Below, piece after piece: positions 18,109 through 27,504 of a DNA stretch of 64,000 nucleotides; position 1 is the stretch's first letter, and each line of letters starts with the position of its first letter. Where the stretch lies: NCBI GenBank assembly GCA_031082205.1, contig JAVHLJ010000003.1, positions 890 to 64,889 of the forward strand, written 5' to 3'. The notes under the pieces were generated by a model. It was not told the DNA's origin, did not search any database, and saw nothing but the letters and a program-made list of their open reading frames with translations. Made by a program: the position numbers and the translations under genes. The stretch is from Elusimicrobiales bacterium. Its GTDB lineage: Bacteria > Elusimicrobiota > Elusimicrobia > Elusimicrobiales > UBA9959.

Positions 18109-19548
18109 ATGAATACGATAATGTTCGTCGCCCTTTCGGCACTGTTTTATCCCGGACAGTCCCACGCTTCTCCAGCCGGCGCGGCCCGGGAAATGGCCGC
18201 GGACAAGGCCATGGCCGGAGCCTCCTGGGGGCTGGCCGTGGTCGACGCCGCTTCCGGGCGGGAACTGCTGGCCCGCGGCGAGGGCCTGAACCTGGTGCCG
18301 GCGAGCACGATGAAACTCCCTGTCACGGCCGCCGCGCTTGAATACCTGGGCCCCGAAAAGAGGTTCCTGACCAGGCTGCTCTCCGCGGTGAAACCGGCCG
18401 GCGGAGCGGTCGGCGGCGATCTTTACCTGGTCGGCGGAGGCGATCCGTCGCTGGGTTCGGAGATAATAAGGAACGCGCCCGCGCTGCCGGCCGTTTACTC
18501 CGTCTGGGCGGAGACGCTGCGGACCGCGGGGATAAGTTCGGTGAGCGGGGGCATCCTGGCCGACGAGAGCCTCTTCGAGAGCTTTCAGCCCGGTTCCTGG
18601 TCCTGGGAGGATATAGGCAATTACTACGCCGCACGCCCGTCGGCTCTCTCGGTGAACGACAATACCTACAGGATATATTTCAGGCCCGGCGCGGCTCCGG
18701 GCGAAAAGGCGGAGGTGGTCAGGACCGAGCCCCCGATGCCGGGCCTGTCTTTCGAGAACCTGATGCTCACCGGGCCCGAGGGCTCAGGCGACAACGGCTA
18801 TGTCTTCGCCTTTCCGGGTCAGGACTCCGCCGTCCTGCGGGGGACTATCCCGCAGGGGCCCGTGGACTTCGCTATAAAGGCCGCGCTGCCCGATCCGCCG
18901 CTCTTCGCCGCCGGCGCCCTGACGGACAGCCTCTCCGCGGCCGGCATAAAGATCGCCGGCAAGCCCGCCGCGGGCAAGGCCCCGGCGGCTGCCTATGAGC
19001 TGGCTTCCTCCGCTTCGGCGCCGCTGTCGGAGATAGTTCGCGCCCTCAACAAGCGCAGCTTCAACCTCTACGCCGAGATGCTGCTGCGCCACATGGGGCT
19101 GGAGAGAGGCGCCGGCGGGACTCCCGAAGAGGGCAGGAAAGCCGTCTCCGCCTTCCTGGAGGCCGAAGGCGTCGCCGGCGGCTTCCAGGTCGCGGACGGT
19201 TGCGGCCTCTCGAGGGTCAACCTTGCCCGCGCCGGGGATTTCGCGCGACTGCTGGCCTCCGTGCACGCGAAGCCCTGGTTCCCCGTCTTTTACGATTCAT
19301 TGCCTTTTCCCGGCGATCCGGACGCGGGCGGCGCCATGCGCAGGCTGGGCGCCGGCACGGCGCTGGAGGGCGCGCTGCGCCTTAAGACCGGATCGCTGCG
19401 CGGCGTGCGGGCTTACGCCGGCTACCTGAAGACAAAAAAAGGCCGGACGCTGGCCTTCTGCTCCATCGTCAACAATTACACGGCACCCGGCTCGGCCATA
19501 GACGAGCTGCACCGCGGCCTGCTGATGGAACTGCATAAGAAATACTGA
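18109..19548 (+). CDS. dacB: D-alanyl-D-alanine carboxypeptidase/endopeptidase (PBP4, peptidase S13)
   Basis: The ATG at 18109 is in frame with ORF 18028..19548. Signal peptide, SxxK motif ASTMKL, and a C-terminal KTGSL motif (KTG box). Confidence 0.85.
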   Translation: MNTIMFVALSALFYPGQSHASPAGAAREMAADKAMAGASWGLAVVDAASGRELLARGEGLNLVPASTMKLPVTAAALEYLGPEKRFLTRLLSAVKPAGGAVGGDLYLVGGGDPSLGSEIIRNAPALPAVYSVWAETLRTAGISSVSGGILADESLFESFQPGSWSWEDIGNYYAARPSALSVNDNTYRIYFRPGAAPGEKAEVVRTEPPMPGLSFENLMLTGPEGSGDNGYVFAFPGQDSAVLRGTIPQGPVDFAIKAALPDPPLFAAGALTDSLSAAGIKIAGKPAAGKAPAAAYELASSASAPLSEIVRALNKRSFNLYAEMLLRHMGLERGAGGTPEEGRKAVSAFLEAEGVAGGFQVADGCGLSRVNLARAGDFARLLASVHAKPWFPVFYDSLPFPGDPDAGGAMRRLGAGTALEGALRLKTGSLRGVRAYAGYLKTKKGRTLAFCSIVNNYTAPGSAIDELHRGLLMELHKKY

Positions 19549-19551
19549 GCG

Positions 19552-21516
19552 CTATTCGTAGCGCAGCGCTTCTATGGGATCGAGCATGGCCGCCCGCATG
19601 GCGGGCCAGAAGCCGAAGCTCACGCCTATGAGCGTGGAAAAACCGAAAGCGAAAGCTATGGTCCCCGCGCCCAGCGCCGGCTGGACCTTGGTGAAGAAGT
19701 AAGCCGCCCAGGCCAGGCCGTAGCCCAGCCCCACGCCGAGCACCCCTCCCAGCACGCAGAGCACCACCGCCTCTATCAGGAACTGGCTGAGTATGTCGGA
19801 ATTGCGCGCGCCGAGCGCCTTGCGCAGGCCTATCTCGCGGGTGCGCTCGGTCACGCTGACGAGCATGATGTTCATGATGCCGATGCCGCCGACGAGCAGC
19901 GAGATCCCGGCTATGCCGTATACCACCAGCGAGATCTTCCCCATGGTGTTCTTGAACATCTCGATCTGGGCCTCGAAGGTCCGCACCTCGAAATCGTCCT
20001 CCGCGTCCTCGCGCAGGCCGCGTTCTTCGCGCAGCACCTCTATTATCTGGCGGCGCGCCTCCCTGGTGTCGTCGGGCGCCGGGGCTGTCACTTCAAGGTA
20101 GCCGAGCCTGGTCTCGCCGAAGACGCGCTTTGCCGCCGTGTTGAGGGGGATATAGGCGGTAGGCTGGCCGCCGAACATCTGTTCGGCCTTATGGTCCTCG
20201 GTCACTCCGACCACGGTGAAGGCCAGTCCCTTTATCTTTATCTCGGCGTTGACCGCTTCCACGGTGTCGAAGAGTTTTTTAGCCAGCGCGTGGTTGATCA
20301 CGGCCACCCTGGCCCTCGAGCCGTTCTCGGCCTTGGTGAAGAACCTGCCCGCCACCGCCCTGTTCTGGAAATAGCCGCCCGGGGGGACCTGATCCATGAG
20401 CTCGAAGCCCTCGTGGGTGTTGACGGTGGAGTCCACCCTGCGGTCCCCCACGGTTATCTGCAGGTCGCGGTGAAGCATCGGCTGCACCTTCTCCGCCAGC
20501 GGGACCTTCGCCCGCAGTGCCTCCACCTCTCCCATCGTGAAGCGGCGCCGCGGCTTGCCGGGCTGCCAGCGCGGCGTCACCCAGACCTTCTTGGCGTCGT
20601 CCTCGCTGGCCCCGCTGAGCAGGCTCGTCATGAAGCCCTCGCTTATGGTCATAAGCGAGATTATCGCGCCGACGCCGATGAAAATGCCCAGCACCGTGAG
20701 GGCGCTGCGGGTCTTGTGGCTCCAGATGGCCTTGAAGGCCGCCTTGAGCTGCTCCATGAACTCCGGGGGGGAGAAGCCCAGCCGCGCCGGCGGCAGGTCC
20801 ACTGCCGCCGCGGCCGGCGCGGCCGCCGCCGCTGCCGCGGGGTTCCTTTCGTCGGAAACTATCCGCCCGTCCCTCATCCTGACCACGCGGCCGGTCATGG
20901 CGGCGACCTCGTCGTCGTGGGTCACTACGACGACCGTCAGCCCCCGCTCGTTGAGCGACTTTATCGCGCTCATCACCTCGTGGCGGCTGCCGGCGTCCAG
21001 GTTGCCGGTCGGCTCGTCGGCCATGATGACGAGGGGGTCGTTGACCAGCGCCCGGGCTATGGCCACTCGCTGGCACTGCCCGCCCGAGAGCTCGTTGGAC
21101 TTGTGCTTCACGCGGTCGGCCAGCCCGACGAGGGAGAGGCAGTCCATCGCCTTTTCGCCGTTGGTGCCCAGGCCGGTGTAGATCATCGGCAGCAGGACAT
21201 TGTCCCTGGCCGTGGTGCGCTTGAGGAGGTGGAAGGACTGGAAGATGAAGCCGATCATCCGGCTGCGTATGGCCGCCAGCCGCCCTTCGCCCAGGCTCGC
21301 CGTGGGATGGCCGGCGAAATAATACTCGCCGGAGTCTGGCCGGTCGAGGAAGCCCATGATGTGCAGCAGCGTGCTCTTGCCGGAGCCCGAAGGGCCGACC
21401 AGGGCAACGAACTCGCCCGGTTCCACGGTTATGGAGACGTCGCGCAGCGCCCTGACCGTGAAAGAGCCGGTAGCGTAAGTCTTGGAGACGCCGCGTATGT
21501 CTATCAGGGGGGCCAT
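19552..21516 (-). CDS. macB: MacB-type ABC transporter, fused ATPase and FtsX-like permease
   Basis: Walker A GPSGSGKST, signature LSGGQCQRVAIARAL, Walker B VIMADEPTGNLD, followed by a four-TM MacB/FtsX permease half. Confidence 0.9.
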   Translation of the reverse strand: MAPLIDIRGVSKTYATGSFTVRALRDVSITVEPGEFVALVGPSGSGKSTLLHIMGFLDRPDSGEYYFAGHPTASLGEGRLAAIRSRMIGFIFQSFHLLKRTTARDNVLLPMIYTGLGTNGEKAMDCLSLVGLADRVKHKSNELSGGQCQRVAIARALVNDPLVIMADEPTGNLDAGSRHEVMSAIKSLNERGLTVVVVTHDDEVAAMTGRVVRMRDGRIVSDERNPAAAAAAAPAAAAVDLPPARLGFSPPEFMEQLKAAFKAIWSHKTRSALTVLGIFIGVGAIISLMTISEGFMTSLLSGASEDDAKKVWVTPRWQPGKPRRRFTMGEVEALRAKVPLAEKVQPMLHRDLQITVGDRRVDSTVNTHEGFELMDQVPPGGYFQNRAVAGRFFTKAENGSRARVAVINHALAKKLFDTVEAVNAEIKIKGLAFTVVGVTEDHKAEQMFGGQPTAYIPLNTAAKRVFGETRLGYLEVTAPAPDDTREARRQIIEVLREERGLREDAEDDFEVRTFEAQIEMFKNTMGKISLVVYGIAGISLLVGGIGIMNIMLVSVTERTREIGLRKALGARNSDILSQFLIEAVVLCVLGGVLGVGLGYGLAWAAYFFTKVQPALGAGTIAFAFGFSTLIGVSFGFWPAMRAAMLDPIEALRYE

Positions 21517-21518
21517 CG

Positions 21519-22478
21519 TCAGAAACGCATGCGGAAGCCGGACCGTTCCCCGGCTATGCCGGTGGAATAGTAGACCGTGTCGGTCTCCGCCAGTCCTTCC
21601 TTCACCTCTATCATCCGCTCGTCCGCCGCGCCGGTCTTTATGTCCTTGTCCTTGAGGGGCGCCGCCGGCGAATCCTTTACGGACACGGAGGCCCCGCCGT
21701 CGCGGTATTTAACGGCGCGCTTGGGGACCATGAGCACGCCGGCCCTGCGCCCGGTGGTTATCAGGACGTCGGCGGTCATGCCGGAGCGCAGCGACGCCGT
21801 GGCGCCTGCCGGCAGGACCTTCACTTCGTAGACCGTGACGCCGTCCTTGACCGTCGATTCGTGCGATATGGAGAGCACGCGGCCCGGGCGTTTCTCCTTG
21901 GGGAAGGCGTCCAGGTAGAACTCGACCCGCTGTCCCTCCTTGACGGAGCCGATGTCGGTCTCGTCGACCCAGGTCTTGACTATGAGCCGGTCCGATACGA
22001 CCGCCAGCTCCTTGCCGGGGCTTACCGACTGGCCGGGCTCGACGGCGCGCTTTATCACCATGCCGGATATCGGGGCCACTACGGGAGTGAGGTTGTACGC
22101 CTCCTCCACCATCCGCTTCTCCTCGGGGGTGGACTCCTTCATCTTGAGGGAATCGAGCAGCGCCGTGCGCTCGCTGGAACTTATCCAGGCCAGCACCGTC
22201 CCCTGCTCCACGCTGCGCCCTTCCTCGAAGAGAACCTCTTCGGCCCTGCCCGAGACCGACGGGGTGACCAGGACCCTGTTCTCCGGTTCCACCGTGCCGG
22301 CGGCCTGGGTCTTGGTCACCAGGTCGCCCTTCTCCGGCTTGAAAGCCGTCATGGAAGCGATGCGCCGGGCCTCGGCCTCCGCTCTTTTCTTCTTCAGCCC
22401 GGCGCAGCTGCCGCCGATAAGCAGTATTATCAGCGCGCCGAAGATATAGCGCTTTTTCCTGTAGAAAGGTCTTTTCAT
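21519..22478 (-). CDS. macA: HlyD/MacA-family periplasmic adaptor
   Basis: The ATG at 22478-22476 (MKRPFYRKKRYIFGALIILLIGG) is in frame with ORF 21519..22589. Barrel-sandwich/lipoyl-like motifs. The gene sits between the tolC-like and macB genes with gaps of 2 nt. Confidence 0.85.
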   Translation of the reverse strand: MKRPFYRKKRYIFGALIILLIGGSCAGLKKKRAEAEARRIASMTAFKPEKGDLVTKTQAAGTVEPENRVLVTPSVSGRAEEVLFEEGRSVEQGTVLAWISSSERTALLDSLKMKESTPEEKRMVEEAYNLTPVVAPISGMVIKRAVEPGQSVSPGKELAVVSDRLIVKTWVDETDIGSVKEGQRVEFYLDAFPKEKRPGRVLSISHESTVKDGVTVYEVKVLPAGATASLRSGMTADVLITTGRRAGVLMVPKRAVKYRDGGASVSVKDSPAAPLKDKDIKTGAADERMIEVKEGLAETDTVYYSTGIAGERSGFRMRF

Positions 22479-22480
22479 TT

Positions 22481-23710
22481 TTATTCCCCGATCGCGCGGA
22501 CGAAGGCCGCGTGCGCCAGCACGAGGGCCCGTCCCGCCGAAAGATAATCGTTCTGTTCCGTGATGAGCGAATCCTCCACCGTGCGCCATTCGAAATAGGA
22601 GGACTGCCCCGCCAGATACTGCTTGCGCACCAGCCAGGCCCTGGCCTCGGCGGCGTCCAGCGAACTTTTCGCCACGTCGAGCCAGGCGGCCGCCTCGCGC
22701 CAGGAGAGGAAGGCGTCCTCGGCGGACAGGCGGACGCCCTCGGAAGCGTCGCGCAGGTCCGCCTCGGCCGAGGCCAGCGCGCCGCGCGCCGCGGCCACGC
22801 GGGCCTTCAGGCCGCCGCCGGCGAAAAGAGGAAGTCTCAGGCTGGCGCCCAGAGACCAGGAACCGCCGCGCTCGGGCCAGTCCGTCCCGCTCCAGCGGTA
22901 GCTGCCGTCGGCCGAGGCCTCTGGCAGCCTGCCGGATTCGGCGCTGTCCTCTGCGGCGCGGGCGGAATCGACGGCGGCCCTGGCCGAACGCAGCGACGGG
23001 TGATCGAGGAGACTGGCCTCGAAAGCGGAAAGGTCCCCGGGCGGCGCCGGAGGTTCCGGCAGCAGCAGTTCCGGCACGGGCTCCCTCGGCGCGCGCCCGA
23101 GCAGGCGGTTGAAGCCGCGCTCGAGGAGAAGGAGCTCCTTCTTGTACCGCTCGTGGCGCCAGCGGGCGGTCTTGAGCGCGGCCTCGGTCTCGAGCAGCGC
23201 GGCCTTGTTCTCGCGGCCGGCCTCGTATTTCAGGCGTATGAGCTCCAGGTTCTCTTCGCGGCGCTTCAGCGTGTTTTCGGACAGTTTAAGCGTTTCACGC
23301 GCGTTGAGTATGCCGGCGAAGGAGGATTTGAGGTCGTAGCCCAGCCTCGAGACCAGGCCGTCGTAGGAGGATTTCGCGGAGATGTGCGCGGCCTCGGCCG
23401 AACGCACCGACGCGGGGATGGAGGGGGAGAAGAGCGGCTGGCTGCCGCTGAAGCCGTAGGAATAGGCGTCCCCGGGGGCCAGTCCCTGTGAGCCGGAGCG
23501 GGCGTAGGAGGCCGAGGCGTAGAAGGAAGGGTAGAGGCCCGCCCTGGCCGCCTTCAGTCTTTCCCTGGCGGCCTCAAGGCCGGCCGCCGCGGCCATCGCC
23601 TGTGGATTGGCCGTCAGCATCGCCGTCCTGGCCTCGTCGAAACCTAAAGGCCGCTGCGCCGCCGCCGCGGCCGGGAATAAGGCGGCGAGTATGAGGGAGA
23701 GTTTGATCAT
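22481..23710 (-). CDS. TolC-family outer-membrane efflux protein
   Basis: Signal peptide, then two repeats of the OEP coiled-coil pattern (LYPSFYASASY..., ...SYRWSGTDW...). Confidence 0.85.
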   Translation of the reverse strand: MIKLSLILAALFPAAAAAQRPLGFDEARTAMLTANPQAMAAAAGLEAARERLKAARAGLYPSFYASASYARSGSQGLAPGDAYSYGFSGSQPLFSPSIPASVRSAEAAHISAKSSYDGLVSRLGYDLKSSFAGILNARETLKLSENTLKRREENLELIRLKYEAGRENKAALLETEAALKTARWRHERYKKELLLLERGFNRLLGRAPREPVPELLLPEPPAPPGDLSAFEASLLDHPSLRSARAAVDSARAAEDSAESGRLPEASADGSYRWSGTDWPERGGSWSLGASLRLPLFAGGGLKARVAAARGALASAEADLRDASEGVRLSAEDAFLSWREAAAWLDVAKSSLDAAEARAWLVRKQYLAGQSSYFEWRTVEDSLITEQNDYLSAGRALVLAHAAFVRAIGE

Positions 23711-23804
23711 CGGCGTTCCATTTTACAAAATAGGCGCCCGGGGCCGCCGGGCGCTGAAAGCGGAGCATTTTTTATGCCGGCCGCGCGCCCCGCGGGCGGC
23801 CGAA

Positions 23805-23836
23805 TAAAAAGGCCCGCGGAGCGCGCGGGCCTTTTT
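23805..23836 (-). terminator. rho-independent terminator downstream of nrfA
   Basis: Minus strand reads AAAAAGGCCCGCGCGCTCCGCGGGCCTTTTTATT: a GC stem (GGCCCGCG/CGCGGGCC) followed by a T-run. Confidence 0.75.
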
Positions 23837-23856
23837 GTCCGGGCAGAGTCCGGGGA

Positions 23857-25296
23857 TCAGATGCTTTCCCGGCCAGCGTAGGGGTCCTTGAACTCCATGC
23901 TCCTGTCGAACCCGAGTTTGCGGGTTCCCCTGTTCTCCAGATACTTCTTGAGTTCCAGGTCCGTTCTGGCGGGAGCGTGCACGCCGGCCCTGGCCAGCGC
24001 CTGGCGCAGCAGCGCCTCCGACTTGCGGGCGAAAGCGCCCGCGTCGCCCAGCACGCGCAGCGTCTCGTCGGGATGGTGGAAGCCCATCGAGTTCTCCGCG
24101 CCTATGAATACCACGCGGTAGAAGGCCTGCTCGTAATTCTCGCGGGCCTCGTCGTAAAGGGCCTTGTCTATGTTCTTCCCGCCGGAGGAGGCCTTGTTGG
24201 CCAGTTCGAAGAGCTTGGCCGCCTCCGCGGTGGCGTAGCCGGCGCGTATGAGCAGCGAGGCCGTCCTGTCCTGTATCTGGTAGACTCGCTCGCGCAGCCA
24301 GCCCTCGCCCTGCGAGTGGCAGGTGATGCAGGCCTTCATGTCCTTCTTCAGCGGGCTCATGACGCGGTGGTCGGAGATCTTGGTCGAGCCGGAACGCGTG
24401 TAGGGCATGTGGCAGTCGGCGCAGGCCAGTCCCGCCCGCCAGTGCGTGCTGGCGTTGGAGAAAAGCTCGAACTCGGGGTGGCGCAGGAAGCCCAGCTTGA
24501 AGCCGGTGACCTGCTGCGTCCATTCCATATGCGCGGGGTCGCTCTTTATCCTCTTTATGATGTCCTCTATCCTGATGGCGCCGAACTTCGAGTTCTGCCA
24601 GGGGAAGAAGACGCCCTGCGACTTCATGTCCCTGTCCTTGGGGACGACATAGGTCACGTGGCACTGCGCGCAGACCAGCGAGCGCATCTCCTGCCGAGAG
24701 AGCCGCGACTGGTCCACCTTGAGGTCGGCCAGCGCCTTGCCCAGTGTGAACTGGTTGCGCAGGCGCAGCGACATGTCGGCGGGGTTGTGGCACTGTATGC
24801 AGGCCACCCCGAGCTCCCGGTGCTCCTTCGGCAGCCAGGAGTGCGCCTCCAGGAAAGGCCTGGAGAAATAATCCTTCCCGTGCTTTTCCTGCAGCTCCTG
24901 GGCGTAGGGGGTCTTGCAGGTCAGGCAGACTCCGCCGGCCTTCAAGCGCGACTCGTCTATCTCGAGCACGTCGGTAAGCATGTGCCAGTGGCCGCGCGGC
25001 TCGTTGTACTCTATGCCGAAGCCCCAGCCCTTGTAGAGCAGCGCCATGAAGGGGAACTCGGAGAGCTTGTCGTAGATCCTGCCGTCGGTGTCCCAGCCCG
25101 GCTTGTAGCGGCTCTTGCCGGCCGGCGTCTTCTCGGCGGTCTTGCGCCAGAGCTCGTACTCGAGCGGGTAGACCTTGCCCCACTCCGCGGGCTCGTAGGT
25201 CCCTTCCTTTATCTCGGCTATCTTTATCGGCTCGGCCCGCTTGGTGCAGGCGGCCAGCGCCAGGGCGGCCGCGGCCGCGAAGAATATCCTTTTCAT
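23857..25296 (-). CDS. nrfA: pentaheme cytochrome c nitrite reductase (ammonia-forming)
   Basis: The ATG at 25296-25294 (MKRIFFAAAAALALAAC) is in frame with ORF 23857..25824. Five heme sites, including the diagnostic CxxCK (CLTCK), plus CIQCH, CAQCH, CADCH and CITCH. Confidence 0.92.
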   Translation of the reverse strand: MKRIFFAAAAALALAACTKRAEPIKIAEIKEGTYEPAEWGKVYPLEYELWRKTAEKTPAGKSRYKPGWDTDGRIYDKLSEFPFMALLYKGWGFGIEYNEPRGHWHMLTDVLEIDESRLKAGGVCLTCKTPYAQELQEKHGKDYFSRPFLEAHSWLPKEHRELGVACIQCHNPADMSLRLRNQFTLGKALADLKVDQSRLSRQEMRSLVCAQCHVTYVVPKDRDMKSQGVFFPWQNSKFGAIRIEDIIKRIKSDPAHMEWTQQVTGFKLGFLRHPEFELFSNASTHWRAGLACADCHMPYTRSGSTKISDHRVMSPLKKDMKACITCHSQGEGWLRERVYQIQDRTASLLIRAGYATAEAAKLFELANKASSGGKNIDKALYDEARENYEQAFYRVVFIGAENSMGFHHPDETLRVLGDAGAFARKSEALLRQALARAGVHAPARTDLELKKYLENRGTRKLGFDRSMEFKDPYAGRESI

Positions 25297-25850
25297 CTGT
25301 CCTCCGTGTGTCTTTCGCCCGGCAGGCCGTTGCGCCTGTGGGCGAGGCCCCTGTGGCAGTCTATGCAGGAGCGCGTGGTGTCCATCCGCGCCATGATATC
25401 GCCGTGGCAGCGTATGCAGTTCTTCTGCAGCACCCGCTTCCCGTGTTCCGTAAGGCTTATCTCGTCGTGTTCCCTGAGCCCGGAATACTCGAAAAATACG
25501 TCCTTGCCGCCGTCTATGGCTTTCCAGAGATAATGGTTGGCGGCGTTGTCGTTGGGCAGGTGGCAGTCGATGCACCAGTTCTGACGGTGGGAGGACAGGC
25601 GCCAGTCCTTGTGCTGGCCCTTCATCGAATGGCAGGAACCGCAGAAGGAGGGGGTCTCGGTCAGGGTGACGAGATGGGGCGGGCCGAAGAGCATGAACAG
25701 GGACCCTCCGCCCGCGAAGACGGCCAGGGCGGACAGGCGCAGGACCAGTTCCCGGTTCTTTTTTAGCAGGGCCAGCCAGCCGTCGCGGGAACGGGGCAGC
25801 CTCTCCGCCGCGCGGAGCAGCCATGCTTTTATCTTTTCCGTCGCGTCCAT
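25293..25850 (-). CDS. nrfH: NrfH/NapC-family tetraheme membrane quinol dehydrogenase
   Basis: The ATG at 25850-25848 (MDATEKIKAW) is in frame with ORF 25293..26078. One TM helix and four CxxCH sites (CGSCH, CIDCH, CIRCH, CIDCH). ATGA overlap with the nrfA start. Confidence 0.9.
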   Translation of the reverse strand: MDATEKIKAWLLRAAERLPRSRDGWLALLKKNRELVLRLSALAVFAGGGSLFMLFGPPHLVTLTETPSFCGSCHSMKGQHKDWRLSSHRQNWCIDCHLPNDNAANHYLWKAIDGGKDVFFEYSGLREHDEISLTEHGKRVLQKNCIRCHGDIMARMDTTRSCIDCHRGLAHRRNGLPGERHTEDR

Positions 25851-25858
25851 CTCTCCGC

Positions 25859-26608
25859 CTAAGCGTAACTGTGGAGTCCTCCGAGGAGGTAATTCACCCC
25901 GAGGTAAGTGAAGATTACCAGAAAAAGTCCCAGCACGGCAAGGCGGCAGAGGGCGGCGGCTCCCGCCTTTCCCGCTTTGTTCATGTGCAGCAGTCCCGCG
26001 TAGAAAAGCCAGGCGATGAGGGACCATATCTCTTTCGGGTCCCAGCTCCAGTAAGAGCCCCAGGCGGCTTCCGCCCATATCGAGCCTGTGATTATGCCCG
26101 CGGCGAGCAGAAGGAATCCGGCCTTTATCAGCGAGCGCACGGCGGGCGCGGCCTGTTCCTCTTTTTTAGTAAGGAAAGCCCAGGCCCCGTAAACCCCGGC
26201 CACGCCCAGCGCCGCGTAGGCCGCCATGGCCGTCAGGACATGGAAGATCAGCCAGTTGGAGCGCAGGGCCGGCATGAGGGGGGAGAGGTCGCGCCGGGCC
26301 AGCGAGGCCCCGGCCAGCAGCGCGCAGAGGAGGAAGAGCGCCGCGGGCCGGACCTGCGCGGCGCGGCCCCGGGCGCAGAGAACGGCCGCGCCCGTGAACC
26401 AGGCCGTTACCAGGAGCGATTCGTGCTGGTTGGCCATCGGCGGGCGCCCGGTCTCCTTCCAGATGAGGCCGAGGAGCAGGGTCAGCGCGGCCAGCGAGAC
26501 CCAGGCGGCCGGACGCCACCAGCCGGCGGCGCGGGCGGACAGCGACAGGGCGAAGGCCGCCATGGCGGCCGCGAACGAAACGTTCTGCGACAGGCTTAAA
26601 GTATCCAT
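25859..26608 (-). CDS. ccsA: cytochrome c biogenesis system II protein CcsA (short form)
   Basis: Polytopic membrane protein with the W-rich heme-handling motif WGSYWSWDPKEIWSLIAW. Confidence 0.85.
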   Translation of the reverse strand: MDTLSLSQNVSFAAAMAAFALSLSARAAGWWRPAAWVSLAALTLLLGLIWKETGRPPMANQHESLLVTAWFTGAAVLCARGRAAQVRPAALFLLCALLAGASLARRDLSPLMPALRSNWLIFHVLTAMAAYAALGVAGVYGAWAFLTKKEEQAAPAVRSLIKAGFLLLAAGIITGSIWAEAAWGSYWSWDPKEIWSLIAWLFYAGLLHMNKAGKAGAAALCRLAVLGLFLVIFTYLGVNYLLGGLHSYA

Positions 26609-27504
26609 AAGATCAGTCCAGCGGCGATAAGCGCGAAGCCGGCGTAGACCGGCCAGACGCCCGGATCGCGCTTGACCAGCAGCGTCGAAGCGGCCGGGTC
26701 GGCGGGGTCGTAGCCGTGCTGGTAGAGTTTGTAGCCGTAGAAGGAGGCCGGGCTGTTTACGCCTATCACCGTGCGCAGCTCTTCTCCTTCGGCCTTCAGC
26801 TCCACTTCGCTCTCATAACCCGCCGGCCGCGCCCCTTTCACCAGCAGCGTCAGTCCGGCCCTGCCGCCGCCGTGGGGCGAGGCCAGTCCCGAGAAGAGCA
26901 GCACTTTCTCCTTCCTGGTCCCGGAGCTCACTTCCAGTTCCGCGGCGGGGTTGAAATAGTAGGCTGATTTTTCTTCCCGCTTCCCGTCGGGGCCGATGCC
27001 CAGGTCGCGGAAAAGCCGCAGGACCCTCACCCCGGTCCCGTCCGGCAGCTGGAAAGAGCCGCCCGGCAGGAGCGGCAGCGCCGTTCCGCCGGCCGCCAGG
27101 GAATATTCAGGCTCGCCGTCGTAAAGCGCGCGGAACGAGATCAGCTTGACGGAGAAGGGGAGACGGTAGACGGCGGTCTCGGTGCGGGCTTCGCTGGTCT
27201 CGTATCCGGCCGTCAGCTGGAGCTGCGCGCTGAACTTCCAGGCGCCGCTGGCGAACCCCCCGCCGATGACCAGCAGTACGCCGGCGTGCAGCAGCAGCGA
27301 CCTTCGGGGGCAGGAGGCGAAGCGCAGCGCCTGGCAGGCCGCGGTGTTCAGCAGCAGCGCGGCCCCCAGCGCCATGAACCACCAGCGGCCGTAGACCGGC
27401 TCGCCCCGGTTGAAAGCGGTTTCCCAGGCCAGGGCCGCCGATATAAGGAAAAGCAGGGGGAAGAACAGCCTCAGGCTGCCGGCGGCCCTCAGGAAGCGCT
27501 TCAT
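26596..27504 (-). CDS. ccsB: cytochrome c biogenesis protein CcsB/ResB-like (short form)
   Basis: The ATG at 27504-27502 (MKRFLRAAGSLRLFFPLLFL) is in frame with ORF 26596..28467 and forms an ATGA overlap with the murQ stop. N-terminal TM pair, soluble domain and C-terminal TM, as in ResB. Overlaps the ccsA start by 13 nt. Confidence 0.7.
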   Translation of the reverse strand: MKRFLRAAGSLRLFFPLLFLISAALAWETAFNRGEPVYGRWWFMALGAALLLNTAACQALRFASCPRRSLLLHAGVLLVIGGGFASGAWKFSAQLQLTAGYETSEARTETAVYRLPFSVKLISFRALYDGEPEYSLAAGGTALPLLPGGSFQLPDGTGVRVLRLFRDLGIGPDGKREEKSAYYFNPAAELEVSSGTRKEKVLLFSGLASPHGGGRAGLTLLVKGARPAGYESEVELKAEGEELRTVIGVNSPASFYGYKLYQHGYDPADPAASTLLVKRDPGVWPVYAGFALIAAGLILWIL

